From contig JAVKOQ020000058.1 of NCBI GenBank assembly GCA_031835245.2, forward strand, positions 124,001 through 188,000: a DNA stretch of 64,000 nt, read 5' to 3'. Under the pieces are notes generated by a model that had not been told where the DNA came from, did no database searches, and worked only from the letters and a program-made list of their open reading frames with translations. The position numbers and the translations under genes were made by a program. Position 1 is the first letter of the stretch; each line of letters starts with the position of its first letter. This stretch comes from Balamuthia mandrillaris (taxonomy: Eukaryota). This document shows, one piece after another, positions 49,801 to 64,000 of the stretch.

Positions 49801-52800
49801 TGGCGAGTCCTTGTTGGGCTGACTCCGAAGAACCTCCCTCTTCGCCCAGGGCCTGCTCTACTTCCCTGCACCACAGCACTTGAGAGGCGAGAACCACGAG
49901 CTGTGCTGGACATCTATCAATCCAAGACAGATAGGCCTTCGTGTCCAAGGTTGCCGCTTGTTCTATAACTTCCATTTCTGCTATGTAATCCTGTAAGAGA
50001 GAGGCAAGCGTGAATTTCATCTCGTTTTCGACCGTGCTCAGCCATTCGTATATCTTGGGGTGGTCCTTGAGTGAGACCGCCTTCTTAAACATCACCACCT
50101 CGCCTTCGCGGGACGACATGCCCAATATGTTGGCCTGCTCTTCGTCAAGTACCAATGAGGCCAATCCTGCAAACATTTTTTTAAGATGTTTCTGCACCTT
50201 AAAACTATGTAATGCGTGAGTTAATTGTGCAACTCTAGAGAAATTGGTGGTAACAAATAAAGGCTATAAAGACGTACATGTCCTTGCTGTTACCGATAAT
50301 CTCCAACAAGTCCTCATCACCAACAAAGTAAAAGCGTGGGAAGGCAGAGCGTTGTCTCTCGAGATATTCACCGAGGGCTTTTTGGATCTTGGTCAGCAGA
50401 TCGGAAAGCCTTTCAAGAGAACGGAACAGGCCCTCGATCTCCAGCACCTCCAGAATTAAAGGTGCCTTGCTGACTTTGCGCATGAGAGTAACAAACTCGG
50501 TGTTGATGCTACGGAAGCGGGTGCTTTCCACGGGCAATAGGTGTTGAATATCTCCACTTCCAGCAAAGATGCCTTCCAGGTATACCCATCTACGCTGAAC
50601 ATCAATCCACACGTCAAAGATCTGCTGAATACGATTCAATTTATCTTCCCAGCCGCTAGCTTCCTCTTTGAAGACCTTGAAGTAAGGAGACATCTTCATG
50701 GCGCCCAACGAGTTGGAGTGCTCTGCTACTTTGGCAAAGAGGTCGTCCCAGCCACGAATAAGTCGGCACTTGTTCTGGTAGTTCACCAAGTCGAGTTCAT
50801 ACTGCTGCCAGAATTGGCGAATCTGAAAGTAAAGAAAGATGTGATTACTAACGTAACTCTCCATCTTTACGAGCTTATGGAGCATATGCAAACCTGTTTA
50901 ATAAATTCTTCCAAGGCAAGTTCTCCTTGTGCCTGCTGGATGATATCTTTGAACAGCTTGGCATTTCTATTCAAGTCGCAGTCCCAGATATCCCCGAGTG
51001 TCAACTCTGTAAATAGCCAATTTGCATTTAATTGTCGCCGCAGAGTCTTCCAGTGTCTCTCTTTGAGGGCCTCAGAGCGCAAATCTACAATAATCATGTT
51101 GGCTTTAAGGTGTCTACAAAATGACAAAAGAGAGTTAGACAAATCACTTATTTCCTGCAAACTGATGATTGGAGTGAGTGACGCACGATTTCACTGTTGA
51201 TTGCAAGTGCTCGAAGGCAGAATACTGCCTGACGCGGTTTGGCAAAGTCTTTAAGCTGGAGAGGATCTCATCCAGAGAGTGGCGTATCTGGAATGGACAA
51301 TAGAGATTTATAAGCAATTTGGTGTGTTTGTTTTTTTTTTTGAGCTGATGTAGGTACCTTTCGTGGGATAACCGCCGACCAAGGAATCTCTTTCAAGGTG
51401 TCCAAACTCTTCCATACGTCGGATAACTTGTTCCACACTTCCTTCAAATCATTCATTTCTTCTTCGATGGGTGTTAAGACGTCCTCCGACTGTATTAAAA
51501 GGTAAGGAGCTAAAGAGAGAGAAAAAAAAAGGAATTTAAAACGGTTGTAGCGCACCTCAGTTTCCAGGTTAAGAGCGACCTTAGCCTTGCAAATGCGATC
51601 ATATTCCTCTTTAAGTCTTACGAGCCGCCCATCGAAAATCTTCAACGTCTCAAGAGCAGTTGTGAACTTCGTATCCCCAGAAACCGGTTTGGAATTGTTC
51701 CAGTCCTCGCTAAACTGGCGGATCTTTTCTGCGACAGACTTTCCTTCAGCGGCAACTTTCATCTGCAATGCTGGAATTTCGGAGTTGATAGAATCTGTCT
51801 TGCGACTGAGTATCTCATTGAATGCATTCCACTCGCCCTCTACCATGTCAAACTCCAGCCAATCAGCAGGAAATTGGAAGCGTTGGCGACGCAGCAAATC
51901 TTGTCCTGAACCGTAACAACGAAGCTCTTCTTCCCATGCCTTTGTTTATGATAATAAGAATAACCAACATTCGTCATGAGATGGATGTAAGGTGTCGAAA
52001 ATATAATTTGAGAAACCACGTACCGGGATGCACTTCTTGATTTCTTGAACTCTGATGATGAAGGCCACTGCCTCCGCAGTGGAGTCTGTCTCAACTGAGT
52101 GTTGTTCAAGCTCCACACGGGATGAAGAGATTTTGCTCTGGAATGTGCAGGATAGCAATAACGTTGTAAGAAACTCGTAATATAGGAAGAGAAAAAAATG
52201 GATACATACATGGAAGGCCTTCATGCTATCGGCAAGCTTTATGCCGAACTTTTTCAAGACATCCTTGTGCCAAAAGTCATATTTGTGATTCACATTGGAC
52301 TGAACTTGGCCATAACGAATTACAACAGTACCAAAGGACTTTTCGCTCTCAGAAGTATCAAACGTCTTACGAGAACGTTTGATTTGTTCTAGAACCTGCA
52401 ATTAAAAACGTTAGTCGGATTTGGCCAAACTGTGGGAAGTAAAATATGGAGCCAAACCTTTTGCCAGGTGAACAAGTCATCACCAAGGCGAGAATACAGC
52501 GTAGAAGCTTCCATATCCCAAAGTGCTTGATACTGCAGCCATATTTGAACATACTGCTCAACTTCACGCAGCTTATCCTCCAGAGTATTGTACGCTTGCT
52601 TCATAGCACCTTCGGGCAAGCGAGCCAACTAATAGCGCAAAAAAAAGTTAGAACACTGCCAACAGGCTATTCTACAACGAATAGAGCAAAAACAGATAGG
52701 CACCAGTTGTCTATAAGTGTTGATAGCAGCAGCGTGCATATCTTTCTTGTGGACAAGACCTTCATCATAACGAGAACTTTGTGGTCGGGAAAGGTCACAA

Positions 52801-55313
52801 ATGTTGGCCAACCAAGTAGAGAGCTGTTGCACCCAGTGTTCCCTTGCATGCTCCAAAGGGGGATCTAGTGCAATAATCTGGTTACGGATGACAATCTCGT
52901 GATAACTGGTTTCTATCTTGGGTCTGTATAACTTTTTCCTATGCAAGGGTTGTTGCGCTTCTTTGACTTCGGTAGAGAGCATGTCTCCATCAGAGGTAGC
53001 GGAGGGCGCCACTTCTCCTTGGTCACTATCACGAGAGGCAGGGACACTACCAGCTGGGGCTCTTTTCCGTCTGGCCATGGCGCTGGAGCGGTAAGAGGAA
53101 GCTGTGGAGATGGAGTGCTGCGACTCCACCACTTCGTCATCTTGGCCGAAGGTGGAAATCCAGGCCTGGAACGCTTCTTCTAAGCGTTGTAACAGAATCT
53201 TTTCGATCTGCTTGTCCAACTCCCTCACCCAGGACTCCAAGTTGGAATAAGAAGCCAGATTGAGGTAGTCCACCACCTTTTGTATGTTTTCCATGACTTG
53301 GCTCAGAGTGTCCTTTTCCAGCGCGCACAAAGCCAAGGTGTTCAACGCGGTTTGGATTTCCGAGTACTTGACAAGTAGCTCATCCACCTTATCCTTGAAG
53401 GTAAGCACCGAGTCGGAAAGACGTCGAACGTAGGGATCGACCTTAGAAAGCGTCTCCCACTTGATGTGAAAGCCCTCGCTGATATGATGCTGCACATCTA
53501 GCTTGTAGGCCGAGATGAGGGGAGCGATCTCTGGTCCAATCTTGGCTGAGGTCTGGGTGTAAGTTCGGATGGCTTCCTTCAAAGAAACAGCGAACGGATA
53601 GACCTGCTTCGCTCCACTTGCCAACAAGGTGATCGAAAAGGGGACGCGGAAATTGAGCCATTGCAGGTTGCGTACTTCCTTGAAAAGGGTGATGATGTTC
53701 GGGTCGAAATGCACATCTAGCATGAGAGTCTTTCCTTTCTTTGTTACATTGAGCAACCGCCCTGATACTTGAAAATTACGCGATTCCACGTCTTTGGCCC
53801 ATTTTTCGAAGATCTAATAATGATGGCGAAGAAGGCCGAAAAAGTTAAAAGGCTAAAACTTCGCGCAAGTGAGTGTCATCAAAGGAAGTTGTGTACATAC
53901 AACGTTAGCGTTAAGCTTTCTGCGGAACCTCTCACCATCAGCTTTGAGCTTCTGGCCCTCCACATCGCGCTCCCAACCTTGACCCAACACATCTTCCACT
54001 CTTTGCATTTCGGTGGCGAGCTGACGCTCAATCTGCCTGGCCCAGATAATAGCTCCAGACACTGGTGGCAAATCTCTGAGTTGACTCATGCGGTAGGCCT
54101 CTGAGTTGCTGTATTGAGTCTTGAATTTGTCATGAAGTCCTTTGATATCGTCCTTCACTCGCTCAATGAGTTGTGTTTGGTATTCCTGGATAGCACCACG
54201 GATGCGAGGACGGAAGAACAGGGCGTTAAACTTGGAAAAGACCCTGAACATTTCGCTTGCATTCTTGGCCGTTGCTAACTTGTCTCGAAGCTTGGCTGTA
54301 ATTTGAGACTCGACGCGATCGATCTTCGAGTCATATCTCTTAACCGCAGCCTCCCAAATCTCTGTCCCCTCTATCCAAACAGTAAGACACAAGGTGCGAT
54401 TTTATAAATTCAAAAAAAGAGAGAAAACGTACCTCTTGAAAGGTCGAGAATATCATTCACACGGGTGACTTCCTCGTAGGCATCTTTGATTTCTTGGCTT
54501 GCATTACGCCCATCTGCGCTGTTTGGCGAGAGCACTCGCACTATAACGTTCAACAATTCTTCATGTTGATGCCTAAACTTACGCAATTGGGAGATGCGCT
54601 CTTGCAATGGGCGATTCTCTGCGTTAACCTAACAAAGAGGGTTTACATGTTAGAACGAGAGTCCTTATTGGAAGTGGACAATTGGCACGTACTCGTAGCG
54701 GGATTTTATCTTTCTGGCGCTTCCGGGCAAGATCCCTGATGGAGTCGCGGAAGCTATCAAACTCATCCTCCCAAACAGCAAATAGAGTGCGGCAGGCAGA
54801 GGTTATCTGATCAAACTCGGGGTAGGTTAGGTGCATTAAACGTTTTGCCCGCAAAAGCATCAACAATTTGGAACACATGTCGCGTGAAACAGCCTCTACC
54901 AAACGGAGATAGCGTGGGATAGGATAGTGGGCATTCTTGGTTCTCTTCAAGTGGGTAAAGATGGCTTTAACTGCTTCAGAAACCTTCTCCACCTCGCTGG
55001 CGGTTAAAAGCTCATCAACAGGGAAATCTTTCATAAGGCTTTTGTAGTGAAGAACTACAAAAAACAAAAAAACAAAAAAACACAAATGAGTAAAAAAGGT
55101 CGTGGTATGAAGCTCTGATATAAGGCTCTAACCTGTCTCTTTGGCTTTCTTCAAGCCAATAGTATCGGTGTCAAACGCAGCAGTTGCGTGGAAACGTTTT
55201 GCTTGTTTCAAAATGCCAAGAGTACATTCTATTTAAAGAGATGAAAGAACAGTAAATTATCAGGCGGGAAATGGAGAGAAGGGATAGTAATGAAGAAGCT
55301 TGTAACGAGGATG

Positions 55314-55350
<37 letters not shown>

Positions 55351-56416
55351 GGAATGTGACTGCATACGTGCTTCAGGGGAGGCAAGTTGCTCAGTAATAT
55401 CATTTAACACTCCTTCCAGTTCCATCCAAAACTTGATTTCTTGCGATGTTTCGCTATTAGGGGGCATGTTCTCAATTCTTTCGTGCTTTGTGACCTTTTG
55501 AATGTTGCGAATCCATGTGTTTACTCCGGCCTGCAAAGCGTTCAAAAAGTCGGTGTCGGCTGCCCGCACTTCCAAGTCTTGCACTTTCAGCGTTCTGCCA
55601 TGCTCTTTGCACTTTAGAAAAAAATGATTCGGTTAGATAAGCCTTTTAGGCAAAACATGAATAGGCAGTGAGTACGAACCGCAGCAGACGCCTGTAAGAT
55701 CTCAGGATAAAACGCGAGTTTCACTTCCTCGATTTGTATGTTTTGCTTGCAGTTGTAGAGGGAAAGCTCCAGCTCGGCAATTTTCTTGTCAACGGTGGCC
55801 AACCCCTTGGGGTCCTTCTCGCTGGTCTTCTCCGAGGACTTGGCATAGGAACGGAAGAAGGGGGCCAACGAGTTGTGCACAAAGGAGTGGAGCGTCTCAA
55901 AGGGAGTGCCGCTGGCAAACTTGAGGAGCTGCACCTGGGAAGCCACGCTCTTGCTGCCCCCGAACACGCAGTCCTCTGGCTGGTTTTTGATGACGACCAT
56001 GCTTGGGCTCTTCTCATCCGTGAAGCTGACCTCCAAGCCAAACTCTACCGTTGCGCCCTCTTTGGGGGAAGCACCTACTTGCGTGAAAGAAGAAGTAAGA
56101 GAGTGAGCGAGAGTGAGAGAGAGAAAGAGAGAGAGAGAAGAGTAGTGATGAGACGTCAAGTGTTTCATCAACAATCTCGATTTTGTGTGCTATTATTGTT
56201 GCAAACAAACAAACCTTGCTCTGACTCTTCCGGTGCAGTGTATTGGCAGAAAAGCACAGAAGTCCTGCTGTCAGTAGCGAATTGATGAATCTTGGCTTTG
56301 GCGTCGGTGCTCTCCAGTGCGTGGGCAAAATCGGTTGCCGGCACGCCCAAGATCAAGGGACCGGCTTGCGCCAAGTACTCCTCCACGGCACGCCTTGCCG
56401 CTGCTTCCTCCTCCAT
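40821..56416 (-). CDS. DYNC1H1: Cytoplasmic dynein 1 heavy chain (intron-rich 5' half, ~8-kb terminal exon)
   Basis: AAA P-loops [24 protein letters not shown] and [35 protein letters not shown]; stalk coiled coil. Confidence 0.97.
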
Positions 56417-56698
56417 TTGTCGTCTGTTTTTTTTTTAATGTAGAATAAAACTTGTGTAAAACTTGTTATTTCGGTGGTTACTGCTTGTTTTCGTGGAGGA
56501 GCAGCGCCAGCCCCTTTCTTCTCCCCCCTTTTCTTCGCCTCTCTCTCTCTCTCTCTCTCCTTTTTTTTATTTATTGTTTATGTCAGTACTATCCATATTC
56601 GGTTAGGGATGACGTCAATTCTTGATATATGTTGCAAACAGACCTATAGGTTCGCGTCGTCCTGAAGGACAGAGAGAGAGGAAACGGAAGCTGATCGA

Positions 56699-59600
56699 AT
56701 GATGTGGGGCCGGGGCGTTGTGCTGCCCGCCAGGGGAGGGAAGCTGAACCAAGGGCGTGCTTGTCAGCGCTTGCCGTTGCGCTCTGGCGCTTGCTTTCTC
56801 CAGAATCGCAGATACTACTTCGCGAGCTCCTTCCGTTGTTGCGGTGAGCGAGTGCTTGTCCTACTTTTCTTTCTCTTATCACCCATACTTTCGTTACTCG
56901 TCTTTGTTGTGCTTTGCACCCAATCGCTTGTTCTCCACTCACTGTGCCACCAATAGAGAAAAGCAAAGAGGGAAAACCAAGGAGGAGCATCCAGGAACAA
57001 CGGCACACGCGCAATAGCACGTCGGCAGGCTTTCCTCAAAATGCAACCATTACTACCCCCGCTAGGGAGGCCGGATTGGGCAGAGAACACACACGGCAGC
57101 TGCAAGGGCTAGCGAGAGGAGCAGGCCGCCTTCAGGCAGGCGTACTGAGCAGCACGTTGGAGGAGATGGAAAGGGCGGGGGTAAGAGCGGAGGATCGAAC
57201 TTACATGGACCTGCTCAAGCGCTGCAAGCAGGAGAGGAGCCTGCAAGCCACCCAGCGGGTGCATGCTCACCTCCTTTCTCTCTCTTCCACTTCTGGTGGG
57301 CGACGGGTGCCTTCCAGCCTTGCTGCTTCCCTGATCAGTGCCTATGGGGCATGCGGCAAGCTGGACCAGGCTAGTGCAGTGTTTAAGCAGCACTTCAAGG
57401 AAGGCGAGCCGTGGACATGGAACGCAATGATGCAAGCTCGCACACAGTGTGGTCATGGGAAGGAAGCCCTGGAGCTGTTCCAAGAGATGCAGCAGGCTGG
57501 CGTGCCAGCAGGTTCCTTGACCTTCTCCATCGTCCTCAAGGCCTGCGCGATGGCGAAGGACTTGGAGGCGGGCAAGCGTGTGCACGCTGAGCTGCTTCGC
57601 CGCGGCTCGTTAAGCGTCTCCGAGTCAACGGCACTGATCAACATGTATGGCAAATGTGGAAGGATGGAAGAGGCGCGCGCTGTATTCCAAAACATGAAGG
57701 AACGAGACGTGGTAACGTGGACCGCTATGATTACGGGGGAAACCCAAAGTGGCTGCGGGAAAGAAGCACTGGAGCTATTCAAACAGATGCAGCAGGCTGG
57801 CGTGCCAGCAGACCCCTTCACTTTCGCCAGTATCCTCAAGGCGTGCGCGATGACAAAGGATTTGGAGGTGGGCAAGCGTGTGCATGCTGAGCTGCTCCGC
57901 CGTGGCTTGTTAGGCACCTCTGAGTCAACCGCACTGATCAACATGTATGGTAAATGTGGAAGGATGGAAGAGGCACGTTCTGTTTTTCGTGGTATGACGG
58001 AACGGAACGTGGTAACGTGGACATCCATGATTACAGAGGAAACCCAAAGCGGTCACGGGAAGGAGGCCCTGGAGCTATTCAAAGAGATGCAGTGGGCTGG
58101 CGTGTCAGCAAACTCCTTCACCTTTGCCAGTGTCCTCAAGGCCTGCGCGATGATAAAGGACTTGGAGGCGGGAAAGCGTGTGCATGCTGAGCTACTCTCT
58201 CGTGGCATGTTGAGAATCTCTGAAGCAAATGCCCTGATCAACATGTATGGTAAATGTGGGAGGATAGAAGAGGCACGCGCTGTGTTCCATGGGATGAATG
58301 AACGAGACGTGGTAACGTGGACCGCTATGATTACGGAGGAAACACAAAGTGGACATGGGAAGGAAGCTCTGGCGCTATTCCAAGAAATGAAGCAGAAAGG
58401 TGTGCCAGTAGACTCTATGACCTTCGCTAGCGTGCTCAAGGCGTGCGCGATGACAAAGGATTTGGAGGTGGGCAAGCGTGTGCATGCTGAGCTGCTCCGC
58501 CGCGGCTCGTTAAGCGTCTCCGAGTCAAATGCCCTGATCAGCATGTATGGCAAATGTGGGAGAATAGAGGAGGCACGTTCTGTTTTTCGTGGAATGAAGG
58601 AACGGAACGTGGTAACGTGGACATCCATGATTACAGAGGAAACCCAAAGTGGCTGCGGGAAAGAAGCCCTGGAGCTATTCAAAGAGATGCAGCAGGCTGG
58701 CATGCCAGCGGACGCCTTTACCTTTGCTGGTGCCCTCAAAGCCTGTGCGGATACGGCAGACTTGGCGATAGGCAAGCAAGTGCATTCTGAGCTACTTCAC
58801 AGAGGTCTAATTCCTGATGTTCTTCTCTCGACGGCCCTGATCAACATGTATGGTAAATGTGGGAGAATAGAGGAAGCACGCGCTGTGTTCCAGGAGATGA
58901 AGGAACAGAACATCGTTTCATGGAATGCAATGATAGCCGTGCATGGACTACATGGACAAGGCAAAGAAGCACTGGCCACATTTGATGAGATGCAACAACA
59001 AGGTGTGCAGCCAGACGCCATCACATTCACCAACGTGTTGAACGCGTGCAGCCATGCAGGGCTGGTGGAGGAAGGCATGGCCTGCTTTGCTGACATGACA
59101 GAAAAGCACAGCATCCAGCCCACAGTGGAACATTACAACTGCATGGTAGACCTGCTGGGTCGGGCAGGGAGGGTGGAGGAGGCGGAAACTTTGATCCACG
59201 CGATGGAGGTCCCACCTGATGCGGTGACATGGATGGCTTTGTTAGGGGCATGCCGAGGGACCAAGGATGTGCAGCGAGGCAAAAGAGCAGCAGAGAAAGC
59301 AATCGAATTGGATCCAGAGAACGCAGCACCCTTTGTGGTGCTTTCCAACATCTTGGCAGCCGCAGGGCAATGGAAGGAGGTGGAGAGAGTGCGCAAGCAG
59401 ATGGAGGAACGCAACGTGAAGAAAGAGCCAGGAAGGAGCTGGATCACTGTGGATGGGCAGCTTCATAGCTTCGTGGTGAAAGATCGTAGCCACCCACGCA
59501 GCCCAGAGATCTACCAACAATTAGCCCAGCTGGACCAGCTTATGAAGGCCGCCGGCTACAAGCCAGACACGGACTGGGTGCTGCACGATGTGCCGGACGA

Positions 59601-59838
59601 GCAGAAGGAGGAGGAGCTGTGCCATCACAGCGAGAAGCTAGCCATTGCATTCGGCCTGCTGAGCACCCCACCAGGGCAGCCCCTGCGCATCATTAAGAAC
59701 CTCAGGGTCTGCGGGGACTGCCACACCGCCACCAAGTTCATTGCCAAAGTTACCCAGCGAGAGATCTTGGTGAGGGACGCCAATCGCTTCCATTACTTTT
59801 CGCCAGATGGCAGGTGCTCTTGTGGCGATTACTGGTGA
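56699..59838 (+). CDS. PLS-class PPR protein with E1/E2 and DYW cytidine-deaminase domain; probable mitochondrial presequence
   Basis: P-L-S triplets, PGRSWI box, HSEKLA, KNLRVCGDCH, CSCGDYW* terminus. Exon 1 56699-56843 is Arg-rich with no acidic residues and is joined by phase-1 intron 56844-56956. Confidence 0.93.
57410..58910 (+). repeat. ~5 tandem 300-bp units, each encoding one PLS triplet
   Basis: atgtatgg(c/t)aaatgtgg recurs at 57643, 57943, 58243, 58543 and 58846. Confidence 0.92.
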
Positions 59839-60071
59839 TGATGATGATGATGATGATGGTGTTTCAAAAAAAAACTTGGGAAGACAACCATCTTCCTCTT
59901 CTTCTTCCTCTTCCTCTTCTTCATCATCATCCGCGCGCATACGCATTTATGTAGACATAACCCTCGCTCGGCTTGCCGGTGGGCCAAATAAACAACAAAG
60001 AAACACCACCGTCGGTTGGCGCAGTTGCCAAGAAGGGGAAAGAGAGAGAGAGAGAGAGAGAGACAAGAAGC

Positions 60072-61004
60072 ATGACGGGTTTGGCCAAGACGGTCAAGAG
60101 ATCGTGGCCATATATTGCCGCCACCTTGTTATGTATAGCAGTGATAGTGTTGATGTGCGTGGCGTGTGCCACGGACTGGTATGAGGCCGACGGTGAGGGG
60201 CAGATCAAGGTGCAGCGGAACGAAACCTACCCTAAGCTGTTTGAATACCTTCCTCTGAGCTGGTCCATCAAAGAAGACCTCTTCTCGTTAACGTTGGAGA
60301 TCGGCTCTTCATCTGTAACATGCGACTACAAAGACGGCAAATGCGATGGTACGGAATAACTTTCGTTCCATCTGTCTATCATCTCGTTCGTGAGTTGATA
60401 CTTATGTGTTGTTCTGCACCTGTGAGCAGCGGCTAGAGATTTGGTGAGAGCATACTACAATGCAGGTGCGTGGACCACGGACACTTGCCAAACGCCACCA
60501 TGCTATAACCGCCCATGGGACGTCTCCGAGTACGAGGGTGCTTACATCGGCATCCTCTTCTTCTCCATCCTGAGCATGCTGCTGGCATTGGCCGTCGCAG
60601 TGCTCAGCCAGCTGGTTTACTGGAAGGCCATGGACTGGGAGCGAACGGCCCGAGGGCTCTCTATCGCCAATGTCGTGATATCAGCCCTGCTCATCGTCTC
60701 TCTCTTCATCACTTGGGGCATCCTTTGGCATCACCCTAAGATGGCGCAAGGCTCCTTGGACTATCATTCCTGCGATGAGGACTTTGAGGATGAGGAGAAT
60801 GGCAGCTTCTTGTGTAGCTGGATGGGGGATATCAACGTGGGCAAGCAGGTCAGCAGGCAGACCGAATGGTCGGGCTTTTACTGGCTGGACTATTCGGAAG
60901 AGTGGGGACCTTCCACCGCCTGGACTCTCACCACGGTGGCTTTGGGCTTGGCTATGGCTTCTCTCACTCTTGTCGTTGGTTGGAAACCAGCTTTCGAATC
61001 TTAG
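60072..61004 (+). CDS. Four-TM membrane protein, claudin-like topology, unknown function
   Basis: TM1 followed by TDWY, Cys-containing large loops, three further TM segments, GPSTAW before TM4; one intron near 60349-60429. Confidence 0.7.
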
Positions 61005-61016
61005 CTTGGTTTCCCT

Positions 61017-61051
<35 letters not shown>

Positions 61052-61078
61052 AAGGAAGTTGGGGTGATAATAGAAAAA

Positions 61079-62923
<1,845 letters not shown>

Positions 62924-63172
62924 CTCTCTTTCTCTCTCTTTTTATTTTGTTAAATAAAAAATGGGTATATTTCTTTTCTCTTTTTTATTTCTTTTTCTTA
63001 TTTATAAATATAGATAGATAGATGGATGGATGGATGGATGGATGGATGGATGGTTAGATAGATTGATGGCAAAGGAGGAGGGAGGAGGAGGAGGAGGAAA
63101 GCATGGCAAGCCCGCTGCAAGCCTCTCTCATCTCCGTGGTGGATGTATGGAGGGTTCTCTCTGAAAGCTATA

Positions 63173-64000
63173 TCAATACTGGCCACCCTCCAAGCTGGCC
63201 GTCCAGTCAAATGGTTCCCAGTGGTTGAGGAAGGCCAAGGTGCGTGCCTTCTCCATGGCGAGGGTATCCCTCTGCCCTTGTCCCCACTTTTGCGGCGGCA
63301 ACTCCACCACTCCCGCCACCACATCCTGGACCCATCCGCACACATTACAAGGTTAGTTCCATAGCTGCAACGAGAGCAAACAAGAGAAGAGACAAGAATG
63401 GTAGAGAGCTAGAGAAAGAAAAGTAGATAGAACGAGAGAGCAGAGAAGAGCGAGACAACAGAAAGGAGGGAAGCAACGTACGCGTCCAAAGTTACGAGGA
63501 AACTCCCTGGCATCCTCGATGACGTGAGCGTACCCACCGCCCATTCCAAACTCCACGCTAAAGTAGGGAAAGTCTGGGGGTATGCTGCGGCGTAGACCAC
63601 GTTCCCTTGTGTCCACCACTTTCTTGTTCTGTGACCACTCGCCCTCCGCCTCCAGCAGAGCCTTCTTGAAGTAGGCAGGAGCCACCTCCGCGTCCCTGCT
63701 GGGTAGAGGTACGCAGTCTACAACGGTGTGCCACCGTTTCTTGAGGTTTGTTACTGTTTCCATGAAGATAGGCACTTTGTCCTGTGCTGCGAACATCTTC
63801 GTCAGGCTTTGTTTGAACCGCTAATATGAGGAATAATTTAGTTACTATCCACATGCTAAGAGAAGAGAACGATGAAGAAGAGAGGCTAACCTGAAACTCT
63901 TCCCATACATCCTCGTCCACCATGGTACAAGCCAGTTCGTGCTGCATTGGCACCAACTGGCAATGTCCCTCCACTAAAACGCCTCGCTGAGGTTGGGTGA
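63173..64000 (-). CDS. CWF19L2: CWF19-like protein 2 (CwfJ C-terminal domains), 3' part
   Basis: GHCQLVPMQH, VDEDVWEE, IFMET, HTVVDCVPLP, APAYFKKALLEAEGEWSQNKK, FPYFSVEF, GGYAHVIED, WEPFDWT. Confidence 0.9.

Noticed and set aside
15430..56416. Dynactin p27 and dynein heavy chain as a functional cluster
   Set aside because: They are ~24 kb apart with many unrelated genes between them, which is compatible with chance.

Overview
Gene-dense, intron-rich eukaryotic DNA with short GT-AG introns that often contain (CT)n/(GA)n microsatellites. The gene content suggests a protist, probably an amoebozoan (inference only). The first ~8 kb is an accessory region. It holds two inverted copies of an intron-containing gene with the bacterial OLD/GajA-type architecture (ABC-class ATPase plus TOPRIM nuclease), separated by decayed Ty3/Gypsy pol fragments and an AT-rich tangle of inverted repeats. 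The rest is mostly housekeeping genes: Sec22, CtBP-like dehydrogenase, ankyrin protein, dynactin p27, KCP2/KRTCAP2, GST, NDUFB4-like, OST4, CRT-like transporter, SNF5, RCC1-repeat protein, SDR, MDR, cystathionine gamma-lyase, cytoplasmic dynein heavy chain, mitochondrial-type ProRS and CWF19L2. Three further loci stand out: (i) a ~1600-aa acidic hexapeptide-repeat (beta-helix-like) protein ending in a LamG domain with no visible 5' end, (ii) a 5'-truncated CASTOR/POLLUX-like channel gene directly after it, and (iii) a complete PLS-E-DYW PPR RNA-editing-factor-like gene built from near-identical 300-bp modules. All family assignments come from motif recognition by eye; no database searches were run, and splice sites are my own reconstructions.
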